Assembly (NCBI GenBank): GCA_049646915.1 | Contig: JBARWR010000071.1 | Location: 1-58,152, forward strand | DNA from: Microbacterium sp. | GTDB lineage: Bacteria > Actinomycetota > Actinomycetes > Actinomycetales > Microbacteriaceae | Direction of reading: 5' to 3' | Length of the DNA stretch: 58,152 nt | In this document: one piece after another, positions 1 through 11,974 of the stretch | How the letters are laid out: every line of letters begins with the position of its first letter | Position numbering within the stretch: the first letter of the stretch is position 1 | Made by a program: the position numbers and the translations under genes | Notes under the pieces: generated by a model | What the model was told of the DNA's origin: nothing | Database searches by the model: none | What the model saw: only the letters and a program-made list of their open reading frames with translations

Positions 1-1039
1 CGGCCACCGCGGAGCCCGCGGCCGCGCCGATGAGCTGGCCGGTGCCCGCCCAGCCGAACGCCTCGGCAGTCTCGCTGAACTTCACACTCGCGGTCGTGAT
101 CGCGAACAGCACGGCCAGCACAGGGGCGACGCCCAGGCCGGCCAGCAGCAGCGTGCCGCCGATCCAGAGCACGTTCAGCGACAGCATCGTCAGGATCAGG
201 CCGACCGTGACGATCAGCAGACGCCGAGCCATCGCCCACGGACCGATCGGGATGTGCCCGAACGCGAGTCCGCCGGCGAGGCTGCCGACCGAGAACACCG
301 CCAGCACGAGCCCGGCCTCCACGCCGCCGTGGCCGAACGTGGCGACGACCCCGACCTCGACGGCCGAGCATGCGCCGATCAGCAGGAACCCGATCACAGT
401 CGCGAGCATGACCGGCGGTTTGAGCACGACCAGGCCGAACGCGCGGCGGCTGCGCGGAATGCGCACGCGCCCCACCTCGGGGGACAGGATGAACCAGGCG
501 CCGCCCACGACCAGGATGATCGCGACCATCAGCAGCCCCTGCACGGTGCCGACCTGGGTGGAGACGAAGGTGATCGCCACCGGGGCGACGATCCAGATGA
601 TCTCCTGCAGCGACGCATCCAAGGAGAACAGCGGCGTGAGCTGACCGGCGTTGACGAGCTTGGGGTAGATGGTGCGCACCGCCGACTGCACCGGTGGCGT
701 GGACAGCCCGGCAAGCAGCGCGAGTGCCATGTAGCCGGGCAGACTCAGCGGCAGCAGCGCGAGTGCGAGCACGGACATGGTGCAGACGAGGAGCGTCAGC
801 GTGAGCACGCGACGCATTCCCCAGGCACCCATCCAACGGCTGGTGACGGGGCCGGCGATGGCCTGCCCGACCGACGCCGCGGCGAGCACGAGTCCCGCAG
901 CGCCGTAGGATCCGGTCCGCTGCTCGACGTGCATGAGGATCGCGAGGCTGATCATGCCGTTGGGCAGCCGCGCCACGAGCTGAGCGGCGATCATGCGCCC
1001 GACGCCCGGTGTGCGTAGAAGGTCCCGATATCCGGCCAC
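1..1039 (-). CDS. MFS transporter (5' part; runs off left edge)
   Basis: Manual translation from GTG at 1039: MAGYRDLLRTPGVGRMIAAQLVARLPNGMISLAILMHVEQRTGSYGAAGLVL...; many hydrophobic helices; absent from ORF track because no stop in window. Confidence 0.85.
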   Translation of the reverse strand, partial: MAGYRDLLRTPGVGRMIAAQLVARLPNGMISLAILMHVEQRTGSYGAAGLVLAAASVGQAIAGPVTSRWMGAWGMRRVLTLTLLVCTMSVLALALLPLSLPGYMALALLAGLSTPPVQSAVRTIYPKLVNAGQLTPLFSLDASLQEIIWIVAPVAITFVSTQVGTVQGLLMVAIILVVGGAWFILSPEVGRVRIPRSRRAFGLVVLKPPVMLATVIGFLLIGACSAVEVGVVATFGHGGVEAGLVLAVFSVGSLAGGLAFGHIPIGPWAMARRLLIVTVGLILTMLSLNVLWIGGTLLLAGLGVAPVLAVLFAITTASVKFSETAEAFGWAGTGQLIGAAAGSAVA

Positions 1040-1306
1040 GTCAGAACACTATCCGGGGCGCGCGGTGACCCGCGAGAGGGCAACGCCGGCGACACGCCGC
1101 GACACGCCGAAGGGAGTTCTCCACAGGAAATCGGATGTCGGTGACCCCTCGTATCGTGCCGCCTGTGGATGAATCCGCGACGGGGGTGCAGAAGCCGCGA
1201 GAACATGCGGTTCGGGAGCCCTCTCCGAGGGGCTCAGGCTGTGGAAGGAACCGTGGACAACCTGTGTTGTAACAGGGGAGAGCGGTGGAAAACTACACGG
1301 ATGTAA

Positions 1307-1354
1307 CTACTACCCCTAGTGGTCAGTCCTAATGTCCGTCCCCATATGTAGTAT
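1307..1354 (+). promoter_or_regulatory. Tandem NrdR boxes
   Basis: ctACTACCCCTAGTgg (1307-1322) and tcCCCATATGTAGTat (1339-1354), 32 bp apart, upstream of nrdH; resemble the NrdR-box palindrome and spacing. Confidence 0.75.
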
Positions 1355-1416
1355 TGAAGTCCGGCGGGGGGTCTGCCGGGAGAACACTTGAGATCCGAGG
1401 GGAAGAAGCCAGAATC

Positions 1417-1650
1417 ATGTCGATCACGGTTTACACGAAGCCTTCTTGCGTACAGTGCAACGCCACGTACCGCGCGTTGGACGCGAAGGGCATCGAATAC
1501 GAGATCCACGACCTCTCCGAGGACGCATCGGCGCTCGAGCAGGTCAAGGCGCTGGGGTACATGCAGGCGCCGGTCGTCGTCACCGACGAGGGGCACTGGT
1601 CGGGCTTCCGTCCTGACAAGATCGACGAGCTCGCGGCCCGTCTCGCGTAG
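1417..1650 (+). CDS. nrdH: Glutaredoxin-like NrdH redoxin
   Basis: [14 protein letters not shown]...QAPVV...WSGFRPDKI signature. Confidence 0.97.
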   Translation: MSITVYTKPSCVQCNATYRALDAKGIEYEIHDLSEDASALEQVKALGYMQAPVVVTDEGHWSGFRPDKIDELAARLA

Positions 1651-1685
1651 AGCTTCGACAGGAACAGGGAACCAGGAGGTGGGGC

Positions 1686-2135
1686 ATGAGCGCAGTAGCG
1701 ACATCCGCCCCGCTTCTTGTCTACTTCTCGAGCATCTCGGGTAACACCGCACGATTCATCGAGAAGCTCGGCCTTCCCGCCCGCCGCATCCCCCTGCACC
1801 GAAACGACGAGCCGCTCGTCATCGACGAGCCCTACGTGCTCGTCACCCCCACCTACGGGGGCGGTCAGGGACGCGGCGAGGAGAAGGGCGCTGTTCCCAA
1901 GCAGGTCATCCGGTTCCTCAACGACGAGCACAACCGCAGCCTGATCCGCGGGGTCATCTCCGCAGGGAACACCAATTTCGGCGATTCGTTCTGTCTCGCC
2001 GGAGAGATCGTCAGCCGCAAGTGTCATGTGCCGCACTTGTACCGGCTAGAAGTATTCGGCACGTCGGATGATGTCGATCGCGTGAGCGACGGATTGGAAC
2101 GATGGTGGACACCGCAGTTGAAGAGCAGGCAGTGA
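1686..2135 (+). CDS. nrdI: Class Ib RNR flavodoxin NrdI
   Basis: [24 protein letters not shown] motifs; operon position. Confidence 0.97.
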   Translation: MSAVATSAPLLVYFSSISGNTARFIEKLGLPARRIPLHRNDEPLVIDEPYVLVTPTYGGGQGRGEEKGAVPKQVIRFLNDEHNRSLIRGVISAGNTNFGDSFCLAGEIVSRKCHVPHLYRLEVFGTSDDVDRVSDGLERWWTPQLKSRQ

Positions 2136-4276
2136 CCGAGCAGGTCGACTTCAAGGTCAACCCCGCATACGAGGGGCTCGACTATCACGCGCTGAACGCG
2201 ATGCTGAACCTCTACGACGCGAACGGCAAGATCCAGTTCGGCGCCGACAAGCGCGCCGCGCAGGAGTTCTTCCTGCAGCACGTGAACCAGAACACGGTGT
2301 TCTTCCACTCCCTCAAGGAGCGTCTGGACTACCTGGTGGAGAAGGAGTACTACGAGGGCGAGCTCCTCGAGAAGTACTCGTTCGAGTTCATCCAGAAGCT
2401 CACCGACCTGGCCTACTCGAAGAAGTTCCGCTTCGAGACCTTCCTCGGCGCGTTCAAGTACTACACCAGCTACACGCTGAAGACCTTCGACGGCAAGCGC
2501 TACCTGGAGCGCTTCGAGGAGCGCGTCGTGATGACCGCCCTCGGTCTCGCCGATGGCGATGAGCAGGTCGCGATCGACCTCGTCGAGGAGATCATCTCCG
2601 GCCGCTTCCAGCCGGCGACGCCGACGTTCCTCAACTCGGGCAAGGCGCAGCGCGGCGAGCTCGTCAGCTGTTTCCTGCTGCGCATCGAAGACAACATGGA
2701 GTCCATCTCCCGCGGCATCAACTCCTCGCTGCAGCTGTCCAAGCGCGGCGGCGGCGTCGCGCTGCTGCTCAGCAACATCCGCGAGTCCGGTGCACCGATC
2801 AAGCAGATCGAGAACCAGTCCTCCGGCATCATCCCCGTCATGAAGCTGCTCGAAGACAGCTTCAGCTACGCCAACCAGCTCGGGGCCCGTCAGGGCGCCG
2901 GTGCGGTCTACCTGAACGCGCACCACCCCGACATCATGCGCTTCCTCGACACCAAGCGCGAGAACGCCGATGAGAAGATCCGTATCAAGACCCTCTCGCT
3001 GGGGGTCGTCGTTCCCGACATCACGTTCGAGCTCGCCAAGAACGGCGAGGACATGTACCTCTTCTCGCCGTACGACGTCGAGAAGGTCTACGGTGTGCCG
3101 TTCGGCGACATCTCGGTGACCGAGAAGTACCGCGAGATGGTGGATGACCCGCGCATCAAGAAGACGAAGATCAACGCGCGCGAGTTCTTCCAGACCGTCG
3201 CCGAGATCCAGTTCGAGTCCGGCTACCCGTACATCATGTTCGAGGACACGGTGAACAAGGCGAACCCGATCAAGGGTCGCATCAACATGTCCAACCTCTG
3301 CAGCGAGATCCTGCAGGTGAACACGCCGACCACGTACAACGAGGACCTCTCGTACGACCAGATCGGCAAGGACATCTCCTGCAACCTCGGCTCGATGAAC
3401 ATCGCCCTGGCGATGGATGCCGGCGACCTGGGCAAGACCGTCGAAACGGCCATCCGCGGTCTGACCGCGGTCAGCAACCAGAGCCACATCTCGTCGGTCC
3501 GCTCGATCGAGGACGGCAACGACCGCTCGCACGCCATCGGCCTCGGCCAGATGAACCTGCACGGCTACCTCGCTCGCGAGCACGTGTTCTACGGGTCCGA
3601 AGAGGGCATCGACTTCACGAACATCTACTTCTACACCGTGCTGTTCCACGCGCTGCGCGCCTCGAACAAGCTCGCCATCGAGCGCGGCGAGGCCTTCGAC
3701 GGCTTCCAGGACTCGACGTACGCGTCGGGGGAGTTCTTCGACAAGTACATCGAGCGCGCCTGGGTGCCCGAGACCGAGAAGGTCAAGGAGCTCTTCGCCG
3801 GACACAGCATCCCGACGCAGGCCGACTGGACCGAGCTGAAGGACAGCATCCAGAAGCACGGCATCTACAACCAGAACCTGCAGGCCGTGCCGCCGACGGG
3901 CTCCATCTCCTACATCAACAACTCGACCTCGTCGATCCACCCGATCGCCTCGAAGGTCGAGATCCGCAAGGAGGGCAAGCTCGGTCGCGTCTACTACCCG
4001 GCGCCGTTCATGACGAACGACAACCTGGAGTACTACCAGGACGCGTACGAGATCGGCTACGAGAAGGTCATCGACACGTACGCCGCCGCGACCCAGCACG
4101 TCGACCAGGGGCTGTCGCTGACGCTGTTCTTCAAGGACACCGCCACCACCCGCGACATCAACAAGGCTCAGATCTACGCCTGGCGCAAGGGCATCAAGAC
4201 GATCTACTACATCCGTCTGCGCCAGATGGCCCTCGAGGGGACCGACATGTCTGAGTGCGTCAGCTGCATGCTCTAA
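2102..4276 (+). CDS. nrdE: Class Ib ribonucleotide reductase alpha subunit
   Basis: [31 protein letters not shown]-terminal CVSC. Confidence 0.98.
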   Translation: MVDTAVEEQAVTEQVDFKVNPAYEGLDYHALNAMLNLYDANGKIQFGADKRAAQEFFLQHVNQNTVFFHSLKERLDYLVEKEYYEGELLEKYSFEFIQKLTDLAYSKKFRFETFLGAFKYYTSYTLKTFDGKRYLERFEERVVMTALGLADGDEQVAIDLVEEIISGRFQPATPTFLNSGKAQRGELVSCFLLRIEDNMESISRGINSSLQLSKRGGGVALLLSNIRESGAPIKQIENQSSGIIPVMKLLEDSFSYANQLGARQGAGAVYLNAHHPDIMRFLDTKRENADEKIRIKTLSLGVVVPDITFELAKNGEDMYLFSPYDVEKVYGVPFGDISVTEKYREMVDDPRIKKTKINAREFFQTVAEIQFESGYPYIMFEDTVNKANPIKGRINMSNLCSEILQVNTPTTYNEDLSYDQIGKDISCNLGSMNIALAMDAGDLGKTVETAIRGLTAVSNQSHISSVRSIEDGNDRSHAIGLGQMNLHGYLAREHVFYGSEEGIDFTNIYFYTVLFHALRASNKLAIERGEAFDGFQDSTYASGEFFDKYIERAWVPETEKVKELFAGHSIPTQADWTELKDSIQKHGIYNQNLQAVPPTGSISYINNSTSSIHPIASKVEIRKEGKLGRVYYPAPFMTNDNLEYYQDAYEIGYEKVIDTYAAATQHVDQGLSLTLFFKDTATTRDINKAQIYAWRKGIKTIYYIRLRQMALEGTDMSECVSCML

Positions 4277-4310
4277 TGCTCTGATCAGGGTTTTTCTAGA
4301 ACAGGAATGA

Positions 4311-5297
<987 letters not shown>

Positions 5298-5334
5298 GAG
5301 TTTCTCGTTGAGTCTCGGCTGAAAAGCCTGGTCA

Positions 5335-5372
5335 AAGGCCCGGATCCGCGAAATCTCGCGGGTTCGGGCCTT
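5335..5372 (+). terminator. Hairpin downstream of nrdF
   Basis: aaggcccggatccgcga-aatc-tcgcgggttcgggcctt followed by attc. Confidence 0.6.
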
Positions 5373-5433
5373 ATTCGTGCCCTCTTCACAGAGACAGAGG
5401 AGGACAGAGATGACCAGGAATACCCGTTCGGAA

Positions 5434-5620
5434 TGGCACGCAGGTGGCACGAGCACACCTTCCTCATGGAAGCGAGAGGGGTCGGTACCTGAAATTTCGG
5501 GTCCGGATGCCATCGCAGCCGTGCCACTTCGTGCCACACATGGATCAGCTGATCCCTCAGAGCCCGCGGAAACACGCGGATTCTGGCGCTCAACTACATC
5601 GAGTGGCACGGAATGGCACG
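5434..5620. repeat. Six TGGCACG heptamers in three pairs (putative integrase arm-type sites)
   Basis: TGGCACG at 5434, 5445; inverted CGTGCCA at 5520, 5530; TGGCACG at 5604, 5614; between nrdF and int. Confidence 0.75.
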
Positions 5621-5660
5621 ACGGTCCAGAAGAGTCCGTTCGAGTCCACGGGAGGGCACA

Positions 5661-6932
5661 ATGAGTGCAACGAATCGAGAGGCGTGGGGCAGCCTGCGCA
5701 AGCTCCCTTCTGGCCGCTGGCAGGCGCGCTATCCCGGGCCAGATGGGGAGATGTACACGGCCCGGACCGACGATGACAAGGCGCTCACGTTTCTCACGAA
5801 GACGGATGCACGCACGTGGCTCGCGGCGGTCCACACGAAGATCTCGCGGGGCCTGTGGGAACCCACCGCAGTGACTGCTGGGCGCCGCCGTGCCGAGTCG
5901 GCTGCGGAAAAGGCGCGGTCGATGGGTTTCGAGGAGTACTCGAAGCATTGGATGCAGCTGATCAGGACCGAGCCGAACCGCAGCGGCAAGAAGCGGGCGG
6001 TTGGAACCGTCCGTTCGTATCAGGGCAAGGTCACCGGCTACCTCGTACCCGAGTTCGGTGAGACTCCTCTTCGAGACATCGACCCAGACCGCATCCGGGT
6101 GATGACGGACCGACTCGACAAGATCCCTGCACCGCTGAATCCGAAGTCGAAGTTCAACGGGATCACTCGACCGGTGCTGATCGTGCTCATGATGATCTTG
6201 CGTCAAGCGGCCCGCGACGGCGTCATCCCCGCGGCACCAAGTGTTTCCATTCCACGCCAGGAATCGGTGCGTCACGATGCTGACCATGACGAAGGTGAGG
6301 ACGTTGTGACGCCCGCGCAAGTCGAGGCACTTTACGAGGCGGTCCCCGATCAGTGGGCGATCATGGTGCCGCTTGCTGCATGGTGTCAGTTGCGCCGTGG
6401 TGAATGTTTGGGGCTGCAGCGACGAGACGTCGAGTGGCACGACGACGGCAGCGCGACACTGCACGTGCGTCGTCAGCTGAACGCCAATACCGGCGACTAT
6501 AGCGACCTGAAGAGTGACGCAGGCAAGCGTTCGCTCAGCATCCCCAAACTCATGACTGGTCGGTTGAAGCAGCACCTCGATGACATCGTCGCGGTCGAAG
6601 CCAAATCGCCGGTGATCCCCGCGAGTGTGCGCGGAAGCATGCCGCTCTCGAACACGCGGTGGGGCTACGTCTGGGCCGACGCACGAGACAGCGTTGACGG
6701 CCTGCCGCATCGTTTCCGTTTCCACGACCTTCGACACACGGGGCTGACGATCTTCGCTCAGGAGGGCGCGACGCTCGCCGAGCTGATGCGTCGGGGTGGG
6801 CATGCCGACATCCACATCGTGCTGCGATACCAGCACGCCACCATGGACCGTGACCGTGAGCTGTCCGACCGGATGAGCGACCGAGTCGCCGAGAACATTG
6901 CCCGAGCGCTGAAAGAGGGCGACGCGACGTAA
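5661..6932 (+). CDS. Tyrosine recombinase / integrase
   Basis: RBS ggaggg; N-terminal WGSLRKLPSGRWQARY arm-binding region; catalytic LRRGE, K, HDLRH, GGH, RYQH. Confidence 0.95.
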   Translation: MSATNREAWGSLRKLPSGRWQARYPGPDGEMYTARTDDDKALTFLTKTDARTWLAAVHTKISRGLWEPTAVTAGRRRAESAAEKARSMGFEEYSKHWMQLIRTEPNRSGKKRAVGTVRSYQGKVTGYLVPEFGETPLRDIDPDRIRVMTDRLDKIPAPLNPKSKFNGITRPVLIVLMMILRQAARDGVIPAAPSVSIPRQESVRHDADHDEGEDVVTPAQVEALYEAVPDQWAIMVPLAAWCQLRRGECLGLQRRDVEWHDDGSATLHVRRQLNANTGDYSDLKSDAGKRSLSIPKLMTGRLKQHLDDIVAVEAKSPVIPASVRGSMPLSNTRWGYVWADARDSVDGLPHRFRFHDLRHTGLTIFAQEGATLAELMRRGGHADIHIVLRYQHATMDRDRELSDRMSDRVAENIARALKEGDAT

Positions 6933-6990
6933 GCGGACAGCCGCGGACACCTGTGAAGTGTCATCAGCCCACTCACACGGAGGTATCACC

Positions 6991-7197
6991 ATGGCTGCTC
7001 GAACCCGCTCCGAAGAGCACGACGCTGGCCTCGTCTCGTTGGCGGTCGCGGCTGAGAGCTTGGGCGTCTCAGCCAAGACGATCCGACGTCGAATCTCAGA
7101 TGGCACAGTCCGAGGATTCAGGGTCGGGCGTCTCATTCGAGTCGACCTGGACGAGCTGCGGAGAGTACTCGTGGTCGAAATCCCGACGGCTGGGTGA
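6991..7197 (+). CDS. Excisionase-like HTH DNA-binding protein
   Basis: AAESLGVSAKTIRRRISDG...RVGRLIRV; directly after int; RBS ggagg. Confidence 0.85.
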   Translation: MAARTRSEEHDAGLVSLAVAAESLGVSAKTIRRRISDGTVRGFRVGRLIRVDLDELRRVLVVEIPTAG

Positions 7198-7200
7198 GTA

Positions 7201-8184
7201 CTACAACACTCGGCTGTGCGGCGAGACAGCATGAGATGGCCCCGAGCGGGTCGCATTTCGCTCGGGGGCGCTTGTATCGTCCTCAAGCATTCGCACGACG
7301 TCGGGTGCGCCGGTGATGACGCGTACGCGTCGGTCCTGGAGGAGTTGGTTGGCGCCAGCGCTGGCAGCGCTCGTCACGGGTCCCGGAACCGCACCGACGT
7401 AACGTTCAAGGAGCGAAGCCTCTCTCGCCGTCTGCAGCGTGCCCGAGCGGAATCCCGCTTCGACAACGATGGTCGCGCCCGACAGCGCTGCGAGGATGCG
7501 TGAACGATCGAGAAACCGCTGTCGCGTGGGACTGAACGTAGGCGGTACTTCTGATAGCAGCAGTCCCCGGCCGGCGATGCTCTCGATCAGATCTGCGTGT
7601 CCAGCCGGGTACGTTCGATCGATACCGGAAGCGAGCACCACGATCGTGTTGTCACCGTTCATGAGCGCCGCCCGGTGCACGGACGCTTCGATGCCGTAGG
7701 CGCCACCAGCAACGAGACTTCTGCCGCTTCGTGCGAGGTCGCTGGAGAGTTCTTCAGTGACGTGCACGCCATACGCGGTCGCTGCCCTTGAGCCCGTAAC
7801 AGTGATCCGGTCGGACAGCGGGGCTGTGAGGAGTTCAGTGCGACCTCTTGTCCAGAGTGCGTATGGGGTGCGCCCTCCGAGGTCGTTGAGGACGGTTGGC
7901 CACTCGGAGTCTTCCGGAACCAGCATCCGGCAATTGCCTTCAACGACCATGCGCGAGGCGACTTGATCGGGGTTCCATGCCGATCGCAAGCGATCTCGCC
8001 AGACCGCAGCTTCCACTCGATCCATGCCTGGAATCGAGGTGTTGCTCTCAATAAGGGCGATGAGTTCGACGCCGCCGACTCTCAAAAGGAGATCGCCGGT
8101 CACGGCGTCGTTTGGGGTACCGATCAGTGACAGCACCAGCCTGGCGGTGCGTTCATCCTTAGCAAGGTTCGAGAGCGTGAGCAT
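7201..8184 (-). CDS. dprA: DprA/Smf-family DNA-processing protein
   Basis: PYALWTRG, VTGSRAATAYG, GGAYGIE, RFLDRSRILAALS, VVEAGFRSGTL, AVPGPV. Confidence 0.9.
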   Translation of the reverse strand: MLTLSNLAKDERTARLVLSLIGTPNDAVTGDLLLRVGGVELIALIESNTSIPGMDRVEAAVWRDRLRSAWNPDQVASRMVVEGNCRMLVPEDSEWPTVLNDLGGRTPYALWTRGRTELLTAPLSDRITVTGSRAATAYGVHVTEELSSDLARSGRSLVAGGAYGIEASVHRAALMNGDNTIVVLASGIDRTYPAGHADLIESIAGRGLLLSEVPPTFSPTRQRFLDRSRILAALSGATIVVEAGFRSGTLQTAREASLLERYVGAVPGPVTSAASAGANQLLQDRRVRVITGAPDVVRMLEDDTSAPERNATRSGPSHAVSPHSRVL

Positions 8185-8374
8185 TGCGGACTCCTTTGCG
8201 GCGAGATCTCGCGAAGGAGGTGCGCACGAACCACCCTTTTGTTGCGTGAGGAGCAGGCGTAGCCTGGAGGTGAAGCAGGTTTACAACTCTGCGGGCCCTT
8301 CGGGGCGGCCTCACGGGCGCTCGACACACATGCTGCTTCCTCGACGGAGAACGACGTGTGACGAGAGGCCCATT

Positions 8375-8755
8375 ATGATTCGTGCGATCCTGACCTTTAG
8401 TAGCTTTATTCACTCTGTCCTGCAGCGCTACGCACCCACGAACATCGTTCTTCGGCGCATTCGGCGGCGCCGAGGCTTGAAGTGGGGCGTTCCTGCGATG
8501 TCCCTCGCCGTGCCCTACCTGGTGGTGGCCGGCTGGGGTTCCGTTGCGATCAGTGATGGTGCACCAGGATGGCTGAACCTCATCATCTTGCTGTGCCTGT
8601 GGAATGCGATGAAGTTCATTCTGATGGGGCCGATCGCGCTGGCGCTGATGCTTCGTGCGCGGCATCAAAAAGCCGTCGCGGGGCGCGTAACCGAGCGAGA
8701 GGACGCTGCCGACGAACTGGTCGCGGCCTGGACACCCGACCGATACCCGTCATGA
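8375..8755 (+). CDS. Small membrane protein, ICE backbone hypothetical
   Basis: RYAPTNIVL...RRGLKWGVPAM then two hydrophobic helices; ATG 8375 more plausible than 8024. Confidence 0.6.
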   Translation: MIRAILTFSSFIHSVLQRYAPTNIVLRRIRRRRGLKWGVPAMSLAVPYLVVAGWGSVAISDGAPGWLNLIILLCLWNAMKFILMGPIALALMLRARHQKAVAGRVTEREDAADELVAAWTPDRYPS

Positions 8756-9313
8756 AACTTCACCGGTGCGTTCGTCGATGCTCGCAAAGAACGCATCTTC
8801 CGCGGCTTGGCGCTCCTGTACCTTTTCGAGAACGAATTCGACGAAGTCTGCGTCTCGGTCTGTGATGACGTGTTCGACGATGTCGATGGTCTGGTCTTCG
8901 CCGGGCCAGACGGTCTGCCGCGTCGGACGATCCCGGTCGAGGCGGGCGCCGCTGACCGCGACCCAATCGCGCAGACGCTGGCGAGCGTCGGCGAAGTCGC
9001 GATGCCAGCCCATTGGTGCGGAGCCGTCCTGATCGGCGTCATAGGCGCAGAGCCAGTGCAGATGCAGCGCTGACAGTTCCCAGACGAGTTCGGGATGGCG
9101 GTGCCAAAGCGGCGGAACTACTGCCGCCGAAAGTCCGTACTCTAGCCGGAGCCAGTTCACCCAGCGGTTGAGTTCGAGGAGTTCTTGCTCAAGGTCATGC
9201 GCGGTCAGCAGATTCCAGTTGATCGGGTGCGGTGGCTCTGCAACGAGATCAGGTTCGAACGGCTCGTCATGCGGTGTTTCGGTTCCTTCGTGGGGGTCGT
9301 CGTAATTGTTCAT
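8750..9313 (-). CDS. ICE hypothetical protein (DUF4913-like, Trp-rich)
   Basis: WVNWLRLEY...PPLWHRHPELVWELSALHLHW motif; downstream of ssb. Confidence 0.65.
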   Translation of the reverse strand: MNNYDDPHEGTETPHDEPFEPDLVAEPPHPINWNLLTAHDLEQELLELNRWVNWLRLEYGLSAAVVPPLWHRHPELVWELSALHLHWLCAYDADQDGSAPMGWHRDFADARQRLRDWVAVSGARLDRDRPTRQTVWPGEDQTIDIVEHVITDRDADFVEFVLEKVQERQAAEDAFFASIDERTGEVS

Positions 9314-9332
9314 GTCGCAGCTCCAGTTCGGA

Positions 9333-9788
9333 CTAGCGGCCGAGGGATGGCGCGCTATTCACGGCCGATTGCACTTGGGGGCCCATCTCACGATTCGGTT
9401 CCTTGACGGCGCGGCTCCGATCGGCGCCTCGAGGAGATCGGTCGACCTCATACCGGGTACGTGCGGTGTCATGGCCGATGCGTTTCGCGATGAACTCTTC
9501 GCTCTCGACGGTCTGGCCGTCGCGTTCGTAGCTCACGGGGCGCTGGTATCCCTCGGCGAGGAAGTTGTCGCCCTTCGCGAATCGTGCGGCTGCACGTTCA
9601 GCGGAGCGTCCAAACATGACGAGGTGGTGGTAGCTCGTCTCCAGCTGTGTAAAGGTTCCGTCCTCTTCGCGGCGGAAGTGCTCCTGTGCGAAGCGGAGGT
9701 ACAGTCGCGGAGTCCCATTGGTGGAGAACATCAGCTGCGGCTCTGAGGCGATGAAACCCGAGACGGATTCCTGCGTGTGGATCGACAT
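9333..9788 (-). CDS. ssb: Single-stranded DNA-binding protein
   Basis: OB-fold pattern SGFIASEPQL...AERAAARFAKGDNFLAEG; next to coupling protein. Confidence 0.85.
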   Translation of the reverse strand: MSIHTQESVSGFIASEPQLMFSTNGTPRLYLRFAQEHFRREEDGTFTQLETSYHHLVMFGRSAERAAARFAKGDNFLAEGYQRPVSYERDGQTVESEEFIAKRIGHDTARTRYEVDRSPRGADRSRAVKEPNREMGPQVQSAVNSAPSLGR

Positions 9789-9867
9789 GATCTTCTTCCT
9801 GTCAGTACAGGTGACCAGATCTCTTGGTCACTGCGACAGGTAGGTGCACGTCCTTACCCAGGCCTGT

Positions 9868-11646
9868 CTACGGCTTAGGGCGTTCCAGTAGCGCCTCGAC
9901 GACCGTGCGATCCAGCCGGAGCTTCTCGCCATCGGAGCGTTGCGGCCACGGGCGCAGGTCCGTGATGATCGGTGGGGTGGATCGGAGCAAGATGACACCT
10001 GTGCCGAACGGGACGGTGCGGATACGGTCGGGCGGCATGATCGGTACACGTCGGATGGAGCGTTGACTGGATCGCGAGCCATAGTCGCCGAGGGTGACGG
10101 AGTCGGTGAACTCGTCCCGTTCGCCGATGAGCGTAGAGAGGTCCTGGAGGTCGCGTGAGTTGGATGCTCCGCCGAGGATGATCTTTGCGATGCTGGCGTC
10201 CCAGATCGCAGCAGCCTGGTTCTCTGACCATTTGTTTCGTGCCTGCGCAAGGGATTGGAGCACGGGCATCGTGGTGATGCCGGTGCCGCCGCCTTCCGCC
10301 ATCAGCGTAGGAAGTGACGGAAGTGGTGCGAGGTTCCCAATCTCGTCGAGTGCGAGCAGGAGCGGTGGATCAAGCCGCGCACCTGGCGAGCGTGCCGCCA
10401 TCAGTCGGGCAGTTTCGACGATGTCCTCTACGAAGGCTGCTACGAGCGCGGCACTGTTCCCAGCGCCAGCTCCAGTCGCGAGTAGGTAGAGCGTGCCGCG
10501 GTCGAGGATGAACTGTTCGGGATCGAAGTGTTCGCCCTCGGACGGGCTGACGGCATCCAGTACTCTCGGGTCCCCGAGTGCGGCGAGTGCGAGGGAGACG
10601 CCTTGCCAGATGCTGTCGCGCGTGCGTGGGTCAGCATCGAGCATTGCCTCCAGTGATTCAGCCCATCCCGTTGCAGCGAGTGGTGAGCCAGTCAGGACTG
10701 CGACGGCCTCTGCGGCGGCGGCGGGGTCGAGCGTCCACCGGAAGAGTTCAATGGGGCTCCGGTGATCGAGTGCCGCGGCATGCAGGAGCGTCTGAAGAGC
10801 AATGCGGGTCTTGCCCTCCCAAAAACTTCCGCCTTCGACGCCACCGGAGGACAATTCGGTTGCTGCAGCGAGGCCCGTAGCTCGGATCATCGCAGTCAGC
10901 GGATCCTCACACCCGCGGATGGGTGACCAACGCAGCCCAGCGGGAATGCCTTCGGCCAGGTGCTGGGGGTCGAAGACCGCGACAGGGCCAATTCGCTCTC
11001 TGGCTCTGAGAGTGACGGTGAGGTTGTCGGGCCGGGTTGAGGTCGTCACGACCGCTCCCGGCGCATCGAGGATCGCCGGGATCACGACATGCAGCCCTTT
11101 ACCGGAGCGCGGCGGACCGATGATCAGGATCGAATCTTCAACACTTGCCCAGATCTGTTTGCCATGCGACCACCCGAGCAGATAGCCAACGTCCTCGGGG
11201 TGGGGATGCTCCAGCGACGGGCGTAGCGTGACGGCACGATGCAGGAGCGCCTTAGTTGATGCGCTCGACGTAACCTCGTGCGCGCTCGCGGTGCCCCGGA
11301 GCCGACGTGGGTCAGTAGCAGCGGAGCGCGAGTGGCGCCGCAGCATTACCCAGACCCACCCGATTACAGAGCCGAGTAGCACGAGCATGAACGCTGCGAC
11401 AGCCCAGTAGAGGACCGCGTTGAGCCCGGGCGCTTCGAGCGCTGCCGCGGGCTCAGCGAGGTCGAAGAGCACGTTGATGCCACCGGCGATCCCGACCTGT
11501 GGTTGCCCGATGCCAGCCAAGAACGCTGAGATGGACCCTGCGCCACGAAGGACTGCCGCGACACCGAAAATGGCGACGAGGCCGATCATCAGCGCGTTGG
11601 TCAGTTCATCGCCTAGTCCCCGGCCATGCTCGTGCACGGTGCTCAT
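9868..11646 (-). CDS. Type IV coupling protein (VirD4/TraG family)
   Basis: Two N-terminal TMs, Walker A GPPRSGKG, Walker B LALDEIGN, VLQSLAQ. Confidence 0.92.
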   Translation of the reverse strand: MSTVHEHGRGLGDELTNALMIGLVAIFGVAAVLRGAGSISAFLAGIGQPQVGIAGGINVLFDLAEPAAALEAPGLNAVLYWAVAAFMLVLLGSVIGWVWVMLRRHSRSAATDPRRLRGTASAHEVTSSASTKALLHRAVTLRPSLEHPHPEDVGYLLGWSHGKQIWASVEDSILIIGPPRSGKGLHVVIPAILDAPGAVVTTSTRPDNLTVTLRARERIGPVAVFDPQHLAEGIPAGLRWSPIRGCEDPLTAMIRATGLAAATELSSGGVEGGSFWEGKTRIALQTLLHAAALDHRSPIELFRWTLDPAAAAEAVAVLTGSPLAATGWAESLEAMLDADPRTRDSIWQGVSLALAALGDPRVLDAVSPSEGEHFDPEQFILDRGTLYLLATGAGAGNSAALVAAFVEDIVETARLMAARSPGARLDPPLLLALDEIGNLAPLPSLPTLMAEGGGTGITTMPVLQSLAQARNKWSENQAAAIWDASIAKIILGGASNSRDLQDLSTLIGERDEFTDSVTLGDYGSRSSQRSIRRVPIMPPDRIRTVPFGTGVILLRSTPPIITDLRPWPQRSDGEKLRLDRTVVEALLERPKP

Positions 11647-11915
11647 GAGGGCAAGCGATCTGAGACGATGACGCCCGACATGCAGCCGACGAGCAGCCTC
11701 TTCGACCGATGATCCGCGAGCTGGTGGGCGGAGAGCGTATTGGGCAACTCACCAAGCCGCTCCCAAGTCCATTCGCCATCCGACGTTGGCGGGGAGAAAT
11801 TACGCCCGTTGTAGGCGACGCGTGTCGCGTCGCGCTCGTCGATGTGGATGCTGGCGCGCGGAAGTGTGGCCGGTGGTTCTGGTTCCGTACCTGCAGGGGC
11901 GTTACAAGGGCTCAT
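11643..11915 (-). pseudogene. Probably internally deleted ICE hypothetical gene upstream of T4CP
   Basis: Short ORF overlapping the T4CP start (ATGA), next to the IS256 end; recalled full-length homologues are longer. Confidence 0.4.
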
Positions 11916-11974
11916 GCCTCGGAGGTACGCATGTGTGCTCACCGACACGGACGGTCGGCGGCATGAGCTGACCC

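Noticed and set aside
30..1018. Plus-strand ORFs of 204 and 254 aa
   Set aside because: Shadows of the minus-strand MFS gene
5298..5660. tRNA or CRISPR at the integration site
   Set aside because: No cloverleaf; repeats are 7-mers without spacers, and no cas genes
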